Shown: positions 50,057 to 62,589, counted from the whole stretch's first letter. The stretch is DNA of 62,953 nt, filler included, from Chiloscyllium plagiosum (GCF_004010195.1; 4 parts of one record of this genome joined end to end with filler, not necessarily neighbours in it), one strand, 5' to 3'. Numbers and translations are program-made. Notes: a model not told the origin generated them from the sequence alone.

Positions 50057-51980
50057 GGATCTTTCAAGAGTATAAAGGCAGGTGGGGTATACTGAAGAAG
50101 GAAATCAGGAGGGCAAGAAAGGGACATGAGATAGCTTTTGGTGAGTACGGTTACAGGGAGAATCCAGAGGGATTCTACAAATACATTAAGGACAGAAGGG
50201 TGACTAGGGAGAGGATAGAGCCCCTTAAAGATCAGCAAGACTGCCTATGTTTGGAACTGCAGGTGATAGAGATACTAAATGAGTGTTTTGCATTAGTGTT
50301 TACTGTGGAGAAGGATATGGAAGACAATGTTGGGAAATAAATAGCTGCTTCTTGAAAAATGTCCACATTAGAAGCAGAGATGCTGGACGTCTTAAAATGC
50401 ATAAAGATGGATAAATCCCGAGGACCTGATCAGGTGTACCCTATAGCTTTGTGGGAAGCTAGGGAAGCGATTGTTGGACCACTTGCTGATATATTTATAT
50501 CATTGATAGCCAGGAATGTGAGGTGCTGCAAGATGAGAGGTTGGCTAACATGGAGCCACTATTTATGAAAGGTGGTAACGAAAAGCCATGCAACTGTACA
50601 CGGATGGGAGTCTGACATTGGTGGTGGGCAAGTTGTTGGTATTTGGAAAGGCAGGGACTGATTAGGGATTGTCAACATGGCTTTGTGCATGGGAAACCAT
50701 GTCTTACAAATTTGATTGAGATTTTTGAAGTAACAAAGAGAATTGATAAGGGCAAAGCAGTGGATATGATCCATATAGACTCCAGTAAGATATTCAAGAT
50801 TCCTCATAGTAGGCTAGTTGTTAGCAAGGTTTTATCGCATGGAATATAGAGAAAACTAACCATTTGGATACAGCACTGTCTCTACTTTAGAAGGCAGAGG
50901 ATAGTGGTGGTGGAGGGTTGCTTTTCAGACTGGAGATCTGTGACCAGTGGTGTGCCACAAGAATCCGTGCTGGCTCCACTGCTTTTTGTCATTTATATAA
51001 ATGATTTGGATGTGAACATTAGAAGTATGGTTACTAAGCTGCAGGTGACACCAAAATAGGAGATATAGTGACCAGCGAAGAAAGTTACCTCGGTACAGTA
51101 GGATCTTGATGAGATGGGTCAATGGGCTGAGGACTGGCAAATGGAGTTTAGTTTGGATAAATGTGAGTTGCTGCAATTTGGAAAGGCAAATCAGCACAGG
51201 ACTTTTACACAGTCCTGGGGAGTATTGCTGAATAAAGAGACTTTGGAATGCAGGTTCCTAGTTCCTTGTAAGTGGAGGTGCAGGTAGGCAGGACAATGAA
51301 GAAGTGGCATGCTTTCCTTTATTGGTCAGATTATTGAGTATCAGAGTTGGGAGGTCATGTTGCAACATTACAGGACATTGGTTAGGTCACTTTTGGAATA
51401 TTGTGTTCAATTCTGGTCTCCATGCTATAGATTAGATTCCCTACAGTGTGGAAACAGGCTCTTCGGCCCAACCAGTCCACACCGACCCTCCAAAGAGTAA
51501 CCCACCCAGACCCATTTCCATCTGACTAATGCACCTAGCACAATGGGCAATTCAGCATGGCCAATTCACCTGACCTGCACATCTTTGGACTGTGGAAGGA
51601 AACTGGAGTATCCAGAGGAAGCCACGCAGACACGGGGAGAATGTGCAAACTCCACACAGACAGTTGTCCGAGGCGGGAAATGAACCTGGGACCCTGGTGC
51701 TGTGAGGCAGCAGTGCTAACCACTGAGCCACCGTGCCGCCCCAAGGAAGGATGTTGTGAAACTTGAAAGGGTTCAGAAAAGATGTATAAGAATGTTGCCA
51801 GGGTTGGAGGGTTTTGAGGTATGGGGAGAGTTTGAATATACTGGGGCTATTTTCTCTGGAGCATTGGAGGTTGAGGGATGACCTTTTTATAGAAGTTTAT
51901 AAAATCATGAGGGGCATGAATAGGGTGAATAGATAAGGCTATTTTCCCTGGGGTAGGGTGCCTAGAACTAGAGGGCATAG
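50057..51980 (+). mobile_element. CR1 LINE; its 3' end probably resumes at 56356-56583
   Basis: QHGFVHGKPCLTNLIE; YRTLVRSLLEYCVQFWSP; stops at AGGGCATAG, and the next expected segment (TGGAATGAGCTGCCAGAGG) appears at ~56378. Confidence 0.85.
51428..51742 (-). mobile_element. HE1-type V-SINE
   Basis: Reverse complement of the 47953 copy. Confidence 0.92.
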
Positions 51981-54900
51981 AATCAGAGTCACAAAGATGT
52001 AGAACACAGAAATAGATATCCTTCAGTCCAACTCATCCATGCCAAGCAGATATCTTAACCTAATCCACTCCCATTTGCTAGCATTAGTCCCATATCCCTT
52101 TAAACCCTTCCCATTTATATACCCATCCAGATGCCTTTTAAATGCTGTAATTGTACCAGCCTCTCCCACTTTCTCTAGCAGCTCATTCCATATACACACC
52201 ACCGTTTGCAAGAAAACGTTGCCCATTAGGTCCTTTATTTTTAGTATCTTTCCCCTTTCACCCTAAACATATGTTGTCTAGTTCTGGGCTTCCCCAAGCC
52301 AGAAAAAAGACCTTTTGTCTATTTCCCCTATCTATGCCCCTCATGATTTTATAAACTTTTATAAGTTCACCTGTCAGCCTCTGATGCTTCAGGAAAAACT
52401 GCTCCAGTCTATTCAACCTCTTCCGATAGCTCAAATCCTCCAACCCTGGCAGCATCCTTGTAAATCTTTTCTGAACCCTTTCAAGTTTCACAATATCCTT
52501 CCAATAGGAAGGAGACTAGAATTGCATGCAATATTCCAAAAGTGACCTAACCAATGTCTTGTACAGCTGCAACATGACCTCCCAACTCCTGTACTCAATA
52601 TTCTGACCATTAAAAGAAAGCATACCAAACGCTTTCTTCACTATCCTATCTATCTGTGACTCCACTTTCAAGGAGCTATGGGCCTGCACTCCAAGGTCTT
52701 TTTGTTCAGCAACACTCCCCTGGACCTTCCCATTAAGTGTAAAAGTTCTGCCCTGATTTGCCTCTCCAAAATGCAGCACCTCACGTTTATCTAAATTAAT
52801 CTCCATCTGCCACTCCTCAGCCCATTGGCCCATCTGACCAAGATCCCATTGTACTCTGAGATAATCTTCGTTGCTGTCCACTACACCTCCAATTTTAGTG
52901 TCATTTGCAAATGTACTAACCTCCTATATTCACATCCAAATCATTTTCATATAAATGACAAAAAGCAATATACTCAGCACCGATCCTTGTAGGGGAGATG
53001 ATGACCTGGTGGTATTATCGCTCAACTATTAATCCAAAAACCCAGAATAATGTTCTGGGGATCTGGGTTTGAATCCGGCCATGAAAGATTGTGAAATTTG
53101 AATTCAATTTTTTAAAAAACTGGAATTAACAGTCGACTGATGACCATGAAACAATTGTCAATTGTTGGAAAAAACCCATCTGGTTCACTAATGTCCTTGA
53201 GGGAAGAAAATCTGGTCTGGCTTACATGTGACTCTAGAGCCACAGTAATGTGGTTGACTCTCAACTGCCCTCTGAAATGGCCCAACATGCCACTTTGTTG
53301 CAACTTTCTAATGATTGATACAACTAAGAAATGAAACCAGTTGGGCCACCTGGCATCGACCTTGGAACTGGAAAAGCAACAGCTCTGTTGATCAGGCAAA
53401 GTCCTCCTTAGCAACATCTGGGGGCCAGTGCTGAAATTGGGAGAGCTGTCTCAGACCTTCAGGCCGTTGCTTGACTAGTCATTCTTATGAATCATACCTT
53501 ACTGTAACACCCCAGACAGCACCACCTGAGACAGGACAGACCCAGCAGAGGTGGTGACACAATGGTATACAGGCAGGAGGGCATTCACCTAGGAGTCCTT
53601 GACATCAACTCCAGACCCCATAAAGTCTCATGGCTTCAGGTTAAACATGTGCGAGGAAACCTCTTGCTGGTTACCACTTATCATGATCCTTCAGCTGCCT
53701 ATCAGTATTCCATGTTGGACAACACTTGGAGGAAGCTCTGAGGGTGGCAAGGACATAAAATGTAATCTGTGTGGGAGATTTCAATGGCCACCACCAAGAG
53801 TGGCTCAACAGCAGCATTACTGATTGAGTTGGTTGGGTCCTAAAAGGATATAAATGCTGAATTGGGTCTGCAGCAGGTGGTGAAGGAACCAATGAGGGAA
53901 AAAAAGTACTTGACTGCATCCTTACTAATCTGCTGGCTGCAGAAACATCTGTCCATGACAGTAAAAGTGACCACCACACTGTCCTTGTGGAGATGAAGTG
54001 CCACCTTCACATTGAGAATAGCCTCCATAGTGTTATGTGATACTATCACCGTGCTAAATGGAACAGACTTTGTACTGATCTAGCAGCTCAAGACTGGGCA
54101 TCCATGAGGTGCTATGAGCCATAAACAGCAGCAGAACTGTACTCCTCCAGCACAATCTGTAACCTCATGGCCTGGCATATCCCCCCACTCAATCATTACC
54201 ATCAAGCCAGGGCATCAACCTTGGTTCAATGGAGAATGCAGGAGGGAATGCCAGGACCAGCATCAGGCACACCTAAAAATGAGGTATCAACCTGGTGAAC
54301 CTACCAAACAGGACTATTTGCTTGCCAAACAGCAAGCGGTAAACAGAGCTAAGCGACGCCACAACCAATGGATCAGACCTAAACTCTGCAGTCCTTCCAT
54401 ATTCCAGTTGTGAATGGTGTTGGACACTTAAACGACTCACTGGAGGAGGAGGCTCCACAAATATCCCCATCCTCAAAGATTGAGGAGCCCAGCCCATCAG
54501 TGCAAAAGATAAGGCTGATGCATTCGCAACAATCTTCTGTCAGATGTGCCAAGTTGATGTTCCATCTTGGGCTCCTCCAGTGGTGCCCAGCATCACAGAT
54601 ACCAGTCTCCAGCCAATTTGATTCACTCCACATGATATCAAGAAACAGCTGGAGGCACTAGGTACTGCAAAGGCAATGGGCCTGATAATCCGGCATTAGT
54701 ACCGAAGATGTGTGCTCCAGACCTTGCTGCTCCCCTAGCCAAACTCTTCCAGTACAATTACAACGCTGGCATCTACCCGATAATATGGAAAATTGCTCAG
54801 GTATTTCACGTACACAGTAAGCAGAACAAATCCAACCTGGCCAATTACCCCTTCAATCAGTCCAATCTCCATCATCAATAAAGTGATGGAAGAGGTCATT

Positions 54901-56355
54901 AACAGTGCTATCAAGCAGCACCTGCTCAGCAACAACCTGCTCAGTGATGCCCAGTTTGGATTTCGCTAGGATCACTCAACTCCTGATCTCATTTCAGCCT
55001 TGGCTCAAACATGGACAAAACAGCTGAATTCCAAATTTGAGGTGAGAGTGACAGCCCTTGACTTGAAGGCCACATTTGACTGAGTATGGCATCAAGGAGC
55101 CCTGGCAAAACTGGAATCAATCGGTTTTGGGGGCAAGCCCTCCAGTGTTTAGTCATACCTGGCACAAAGGAAGATGGATGTGGTTATGGAGTGTTAGCCA
55201 TCTCAGCTCCAGGACATTTCTGCAGGACTGTTTCCTCGGCTCAACTGTCTTCAGCTGCTTCATCAACGACATTCTCTCTGTCATAAGGTCAGAAGTGGGG
55301 ATGTTTGCCAATGATTGCACAGTGTTCAGCACAGTTTGCAACTCCTCAGATACTGAAGTAGTCCATGCTCAAATGCAACAAGATCTGGACAATATCCAGG
55401 CTTGGACTGACAAGTAGCAAGTGACATTTGTGCCATACAAATGCAAGACAATAACCATCACGAATAAGAGACACTCTAACAACTGCCCCATGACATTCAA
55501 TGATATTATAATCACTGAATCCCCCACTGTCAATATCCTTGGGGTTACCATTGACCAGAAACTCAACTGGACTCACCACATTAACACAGTGGCTACAAGA
55601 GAAGGTCAGAGACTAGGGATACCGTGGCAAGTAACTCACCACCTGACACCCCAAAGTCCATCCACCATCTACAAGGTACCATTCAGCAGTGTGATGGAAT
55701 ACTCCCTATGTGCCTGGATGGGTGCAGCTCCAACAACATTCAAGAAGCTTGACACCATTCAGGACAAAGAAATCTGCTTGATTGGCACCACATCTACAAC
55801 ATTCAATTTCATTCAGCAGTGTGTACTATCTACAAGATGCACTGCAGAAATTCACCAATGATCCTTATACAGCGCCTTCCAAACCCATGACTACTTATAT
55901 CTAGAAGGACAAGGGCAGCAGACACTTGGGAACACCATCTGCAAGTTCCCCTCCAAGCCACTCACCACCCTGACTATGAAATATACAGCAGTTCCTTCAG
56001 GCTATTGGTCAAAACCCTGAAATTCTCTCTCTATTGGCATTATGGGTCAACCCACAGCAAATGGACTGCAGTGATTCAAGAAGGCAGCTCACCACCACCT
56101 TCTCAAGGGCAAATAGGGATGGTCTATTAATGTTGGCCAGCCTGCAATGACAAAGTCCCACAATGAATTTAAAAAAAAACACACCACTGGTCACAAGTCT
56201 CCAGTCTGAAAAGCATCCCTCCACCACCACCACCCTCAGCTTTCTACCTCTGAGCCAGTTCTGTAATCAAATGGCTAGTTCTCCTGTATTCTGTGAACTA
56301 ACCTTGCTAACCAGTCTACATGGAGGAACCTTGTTGAATGCCTTACTGAAGTCTG
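51981..56355 (-). mobile_element. CR1 LINE split by a 3.2-kb insertion (parts 51981-52990 and 56180-56355)
   Basis: CAGCACCGATCCTTGT | CACACCACTGGTCAC rejoin into the VPQGSVL-coding segment. Confidence 0.85.
52993..56179 (+). mobile_element. Near full-length CR1-group LINE (second family) with tRNA-like 5' head, APE and RT, disrupted
   Basis: Head TGACCTGGTGG / GGGTTTGAATCC; NIWGPVLKLGELS (APE start ~53410); GDFNGHHQEWL; DAQFGFR; ALDLKATFD*VWHQG; FANDCT; A-rich end. Confidence 0.85.
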
Positions 56356-56589
56356 GGTTGAATGGATGGTGAGTGCCTGGAATGAGCTGCCAGAGGAAGT
56401 GGTGGAGGCTGGTACAATTACAACGTTTTAAAAGGTATCTGGATGGGTACCTGAATAGGAAGGGTTTAGAGGGAAATGGGCCATGTACTGGCAAATGGGA
56501 CTAGATTAATTTAGTATACCTGATTGGCATGGACAAGTTGGCTGAAGGGTCTGTGCCCGTGCTGTACATGTCTATGACTCTATGCTTCA

Positions 56590-57420
56590 ATTTGTTTCCA
56601 CTACCTAACACTCATGGTGCTTCTCCCTCATGGCTGACCATTGTTCGGGAATCAGCAGAAGGTGGATGGGGGTGCATTTTGTGAGAGTGGAGAAGGGTTT
56701 CAGGACAATGATACAGGTGAAGTGGTTTGCCACCTAGAACGTGCTTAACAAGCTCACCCACTGAGAAGCCCTCTTCTATTGAAGTAAGGAGCTAGAAGGC
56801 AAAGGCTACCGGGCCAAGTCTGTTTTGGCACTCTTGAAGGAGCAAGGCTGTGAGTATGACTACAACTTCCAAAGGGATGGAAAGCTCTGAGTTGGATACT
56901 TGCAGCGCGGGGATCTTCACTATGGCCTGCTTCTGTTCTGAGACTGCATTTGTGTGCAGCTTGGTCCATTCCCATAGCGCATCCTTTTTAAGGAGGTCAG
57001 ACAAAAGTGCACCTTTGAGTGGCAAAACCAATGAGCTTTCAGCAATATCTCACTAGGAATGAATGCTTCAAGCTTGGATCCCTAGGCAGGAACAAATGGG
57101 CTATTTTCTCTATGCACTTTTCTATCCCGTGTTTCCTATAGCTTATCACGGTTCCCAAGCATAAGACCTGGAACCTCGTAATTTGTGCCATCTTTGCATT
57201 TAACTTTTCCCACGGGTTAACAGTTTCTTCAGTAATTCTAAATTTTCAGTCATCTATGTATCATATTCAGCTGATCAATAGGGAAAACACTTCCAGCCCT
57301 TTCGACAATTTCTGAAAGTTAACGTTGCCGTAACTACCCCTCCTAGGGCTATGAATACTACTGATCCTGGAAAGTAAAAATAAATTTACACTGGTATTGC
57401 CTATGAAATGGTATAATGTC
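56590..57420 (-). pseudogene. pol: Reverse transcriptase and tether/connection remnant of the retrovirus-like element
   Basis: YQCKFIFTFQDQ; YIDD at 57249-57260; ORF 56792..57031 LSDLLKKDALWEWT..H..A....KQAI...PALQV...LLLQE...LGPVAFA. Confidence 0.8.
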
Positions 57421-57719
57421 AAAGATTGCTTGTAGGACTTGTCGCATATCTTCCCTCCCCTTGTTCTATGTTTAGGATGTTCTAACTGCTAGACATCATT
57501 CTCTCAGGCCCTGATCATCCTTCTAAATCCCCAAGCCTCAGTGGGGGCATCACCAGCTGTGTTGAAACTATCACATGCCTTCTTTGCTCCTCCATGTTGT
57601 GTGAAACAAGCATCTGGGTCCAGTTGGCCCTGTGTGGTACTGTTAGCATGGCTCCGTTCATGTCACCCAAGTCTCCTGTGAACTGCGTCCACAGTCAAAT
57701 AATGTTGATCTTGGTAATG

Positions 57720-57865
57720 TTGACTTTATCTAGTGCACACCTTGTGCAATGTAATCTGTATAACTCTGTCTTTTTAATCTGTACATCCTTGCTTACTATG
57801 ATTTGCCTGGACTGCTCAAAAACAAAGTTTCTTCACTGTACTTCAGTACATGTGACAGTAAATTG
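57720..57865 (+). mobile_element. LINE 3' UTR fragment (Rex1/Babar-like)
   Basis: Ends TTCACTGTACTTCAGTACATGTGACAGTAAA; family call is from memory of such ends. Confidence 0.45.
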
Positions 57866-57870
57866 TTCAG

Positions 57871-58496
57871 GGTAAAAACGAGGACTGCAGATGCTGGAAA
57901 CCAAACTCTAGATTAGAGTGGTGCTAGAAAAGCACAGTAGTTCAGGCAGCATCAAAGGAGCAGTAAAATCGACGTTTCGGCCAAAAGCCCTTCTGCTCTG
58001 AGGCGGAAGGTGAGGCGTTCTTCCTCCAGGCGTCTGGTGGTAAGGGAGCAGCGGTGAAGGAGGCCCAGGACCTCCATGTCCTTGGCAGAGTGGGAGGGGA
58101 ATTGAAATGTTGGACCGCAGGGCGGTGTGGTTGATTGGTGCGAGTGTCCCAGAGATGTTCCCTAAAGCGTTCTGCTAGGAGGCACCCAGTCTCCCCAATG
58201 TAGAGGAGACCGCATCAGGAGCAACTGATACAAAAAATTATATTGGTGGATGTGCAGGTAAAACTTTGATGGATGTGGAAGGCTCCTTTAGGGCCTTGGA
58301 TGGAGGTAAGGGAGGAGGTGTGGGTGCAGGTTTTGCAATTCCTGCGGTGGCAGGGGAAAGTGCCAGGATGGGAGGGTGGGTTGTAAGGGAGGCGTGGACC
58401 TGACCAGGTAGTCACGGAGGAAACGGTCTTTGCGGAAAGCAGAAAGGGGTGGGGAAGGAAATATATCCCTGGTGGTGGGGTCTGTTTGGAGGTGGC
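57871..58496 (-). mobile_element. PLE: GIY-YIG endonuclease region fused by deletion to the terminus
   Basis: PGTFPCHRRNCKTC...FTCTSTNIIFCISCS*CGLLYIGET...ERFREHL...EERLTFRL, then the terminal sequence. Confidence 0.9.
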
Positions 58497-58596
58497 NNNN
58501 NNNNNNNNNNNNNNNNNNNNNNNNNNNNNNNNNNNNNNNNTTAATTAATTAANNNNNNNNNNNNNNNNNNNNNNNNNNNNNNNNNNNNNNNNNNNN
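58497..58596. other. Assembly join
   Basis: 44 N + TTAATTAATTAA + 44 N. Confidence 0.98.
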
Positions 58597-58885
58597 CTTT
58601 TTCCACGTATGGAGTTAGCTATTACGAGGGGGCATAGCTTTAAATTAAGGGGTGGTAGGTATAGGACAGATGTTAGGGGTAGATTCTTTACTCAGCGAGT
58701 CGTGAGTTCATGGAATGCCCTGCCAGTAGCAGTGGTGGACTCTCCTTCATTATGGGCATTTAAACGTGCATTGGATAGGCATATGGAGGATAGTGGGCTA
58801 GTGTAGGTTAGGTGGGCTTGGATCGGCGCAACATCGAGGGCCGAAGGGCCTGTACTGCGCTGTATTCTTCTATGTTCTATGTTCT
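58597..58885 (+). mobile_element. Young CR1 3' end
   Basis: TRGHSFKLRGGRYRTDVRGRFFTQRVVSSWNALP; (TTCTATG)n tail. Confidence 0.9.
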
Positions 58886-59330
58886 AAAGGCTTTGTTGAA
58901 GTCCAAGTATACCATGTCAACTGCCCTACCCTCATCTATTTGCTTGGTCACCACCTCAACAAAACTCAATGAGGTTTGTGAGGCACGAACTGCCCTTGAC
59001 GAAACCATGTTGACTATCTGAAATCAAATTGTTGCTTGCTAGATGATTATAAATCTTATCTCTTTTAATCCTTTCCAAAACCTTTCCAACAACAGAAGTA
59101 AGGCTCACTGGTCTATAATTACCAGGGTCATCACTGCTGCCCTTCTTGAACAAGGGCACAACGTTTGCAATCCTCCAGTCTTCGGGTACTAAACCTGTAG
59201 ACAATGATGACTCAAATATCAAAGGCAAAGGCTCTGCTATATCCTCCTAGCTTCCCAGAGGATCCTCCTATAAATCCCATTTGGCCCAGGAGACTTGTCT
59301 ACTTTCACTCCTTCTAGAATTGGTAAACCT
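58886..59330 (-). mobile_element. CR1 RT fragment
   Basis: VPEDWRIANVVPLFKKG...PGNYRPVSLTS...SQHGFVKG. Confidence 0.9.
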
Positions 59331-59929
59331 GTTCATAACTAACAGGTGTTTTTGGAAAAAAAAAGTGATTAAGGGATTTTGAAACCATTCTATATACTTC
59401 CATTATTATAAAAATGATACAAAAATTCTTAGTCAACATTAATATCGACATCCTGTTTTGAGTTTGTAAAGGGGGTTAGGCTTGAGTGTCTTCTGTTTAA
59501 TTCTGAGAAGACAAAGGATGGTGCAGGAAGAGTTTGCGATGTAACTAAATCATGTATGCCATAGAATATAGTATCTCAGGCATGCAGGTGACAAAATACT
59601 TAAACCTGTAGAAAGGATGAGCATGTGGCTATCACGGGTCCTTTTGAAAGAATCCTTTGGACTTGGTGTAGAAGTGAAACATAAACTCAAAATTGCATTA
59701 CAAAATTGAAGATCAAGGTAGTGGAAGTCTTCAAATACTGAACATCGATTTAACATCAAAATTGCAGTATTAATAAACTATTATATCTGGGTTAAATTAG
59801 TCTCAGCATGAGGAGTGACAAACATCTTTTAGTATAAAGAAAACAAAAATAACTGAGTACTGAAGATCTGAAGCAAAACACATTGCTGAAGAAGCACAGG
59901 TCAGCAGCATCTGTAGAGAGAAAACAGTG

Positions 59930-61720
59930 GATTGGAAAATGGTTGGAGGCACCAAATACTGCAAAGGCTATGGACTCGACAACATTCTGGCAATGGTCTG
60001 AAGACCTGTACTCCAAAACTTGCTATTCCCCCTAGCCAAGCTCTTCAGGTATAGTTACAACACTGACATCTACCTGGCAAAGTGGAAATTTGCCCAAGTA
60101 TTTCCAGGCAGGAAATGTATAACCTGTCCAATTACTGCCCCCATCAATAAAGTGATGGAAGGTATCATCAAAAATGTTATCCAGCAGCAATAACCTGTTC
60201 ACTGACGCCCAGTTTGCATTCTTCCAGAGCCACTCAGGTCCTGACCTCATTGCAGCCTTGGTTCAAACATGGACAAAAGAGCTCAATTCCAGAGATCACA
60301 TGAGTGTGACAACCCTTAACATCAATGTCATGTTTGATCGAGTGTGGTATTAAGGAGCCCTAGCAAATTCGGAATCAATGAGTATCCGGTGCAAACTCTG
60401 GTGGTTAGTCATACCTGCCACATAGGAAGATGGTAATTGTCATTGGAGATCAGTCATCTCAGCTCCAGGACAATTCTGCAGAAATTCCTCAGGGTAGTGT
60501 TCTTGGCCCAACCATCTTCTGTTGCTTCATCAATGACCTTCCCTCCAAGTTAGATGAGGGAATTGTGCAATTAATTGCAAACATTTTCAGCACCATAAAG
60601 AAGTCCATGTTCAAATGCAGCAAGCTATGGACAATAAATGGGCTTGGGCTGAGAAGTGGCAGTTAACATTTGTACGACATGAATGCCAAGCCTTTATAGA
60701 ACCATAATCCCTACAGTGTGAAAACAAGCCCTTCAGCCCAACATGTCCACACCGACCCTCAGAAGAGCAACCACCCAGACTCATTCCCCTAATCTATTAC
60801 TCTACACTTACCCCTGACTCATGCATCTAACCTACATTCCCCTGAGCACTGTGTGGGTAATTTAGCATGACCAATTCGCCTAACCTGCACATCTTTGGAT
60901 TGTGGGAGGAAACCGGAGCACCCGGAGGAAACCCACAGACACTGAAGACCGTGCAAACTCCACACAGACAGTCACCCAAGGCTGGAATTGAACCCGGCTC
61001 CCTGCTGTGAGGCAGCACTGTTATCCAGCAGCTATTAGATTATTATCTGATTTGAGACAATCTAATTACCTTGAAATACAATAGCACTGTCAACATCCTG
61101 CATTATCAGTGCCTGGAAACTCAACTGGTCCTGCTACATGAACACAGTGGCTATAAGGCAGCTCAGAGTGTAAGAATACGACGAGTAACTCGTCACCTAA
61201 CTTCTCAAAGGAGTCTACCATCTATAAGCACCATCAGGAGTGTGATGGATTGTTGCTCACTAGTCTGGATGACTGTAGCTCCAATAATGCTGAAGAAGCT
61301 GACACCCTCCAGAACTTGATGCCACTGCATCTGCAAGCATCCACTCCCTCCCCCAATTGCCCATTCGCAGCAGTGTGTACTATCTACAGGATGCACTGAG
61401 AAATTCACCAAAGATAATTGCATTGTATTTTTCAAACCCATGGCCACTTCTATCTAGAAAGACAGGGCAGCAGATATATGGGAACACCACCATTTTCAAG
61501 TTCCCCTCCAGGCCACTCGCCATCCTGGCAAAGAAATACATTGCCATTTTTTTCACTGTTATTTGGCTTAAAATCCTGGAAATCCCTCCCTAATGGCATT
61601 GTCAACCCACGCAAGGTTGACTGCAGCAATTCAAGAAGGTAGCTATCCTCCAACTTAAAGGCAACAAAGTATTGACAACAAGTGTTGGCCATCCAGCGAT
61701 ACCCATGTTGTATGAGTGAT
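59930..61720 (+). mobile_element. Second LINE family fragment, split by a SINE
   Basis: IPQGSVLGPTIFCCFINDLP; colinear with 54640-56170. Confidence 0.85.
60697..61020 (-). mobile_element. HE1-type V-SINE
   Basis: TGTGGGAGGAAACCGGAGCACCCGGAGGAAACCCAC core in reverse orientation. Confidence 0.88.
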
Positions 61721-61752
61721 TTTATTTGATAAAAAAGCCTTGTTCCAATTGT

Positions 61753-61884
61753 GGAGAAAGTGAGGTCTGCAGATGCTGGAGATCAGAGCTGAAAATGTGT
61801 TGCTGGAAAAGCGCAGCAGGTCAGGCAGCATCCAGGGAACAGGAGAATCGTCGTTTCGGGCATAAGCCCTTCTTCAGGAATGAG
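61753..61884 (-). mobile_element. Short PLE-terminus insertion; hammerhead with GUC changed to GAC
   Basis: Minus strand ATTC-CTGAAGA-A-GGGC TTAT GCCC-GAAA-C-GAC; TTGTTC(C/T)AATTGT at 61740-61752 and 61892-61904. Confidence 0.85.
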
Positions 61885-62589
61885 TATCTAATTGTTCTAA
61901 TTGTATCCAGCATATACCATACTAAACTGCACCATATTCTGAAGATGTTTTTTCGGCGATTGGAGAGGGAGTTTAAAAAGAAACGTATACGGATGATATC
62001 AGATGAACAAGTGGATTCTTTCCTGTTTTGGAAACAAAAGACTGAGGAGAGGCAAAAATCACAAATTGAGGGGCTTTGTAGGGTAAACATACTGTTTTAC
62101 TTGTAAGTGTCAAAACTAGAACCATTAATATAAAATAGTCAGCAATAAATCAGGAGATTCAAAAAAAATCTTTAATCATGCAATGGGGCGAATGTGATTG
62201 ATGTGAAGAGCATCAATGCTTTCAAAGGAGGGTTGTACAAGCATATTAGGGAATAGGTCATACTGGTAGAATTATATTAAAAAAGGAACTGTAACACTGG
62301 TACAAAATGGTTGGGCTGAGTGTTCTTTTTCTGTGCTTTATAATCTATATATAAAACATCCAACTTACAATTGGTAACATTTGTCATTACCTTTCAAATA
62401 CAACATATATGTTGTATACTAGATGGTAGTATACTGCCATCTATATACTTCCAATCATAAAGCCAGATTTATGATTGGAAGTAACAATAAGGCTACTTAT
62501 GATGAGAGTAAATTGGACAGAAACACTTGTGTCCTCGCATGAACAGCTAATGTGGAAATCTGAAATGAGACAGTACAAAACAAAGGATA

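Noticed and set aside
57420..57710. Possible gag/protease of the retrovirus-like element upstream of RT
   Set aside because: No convincing motif recovered by hand translation.
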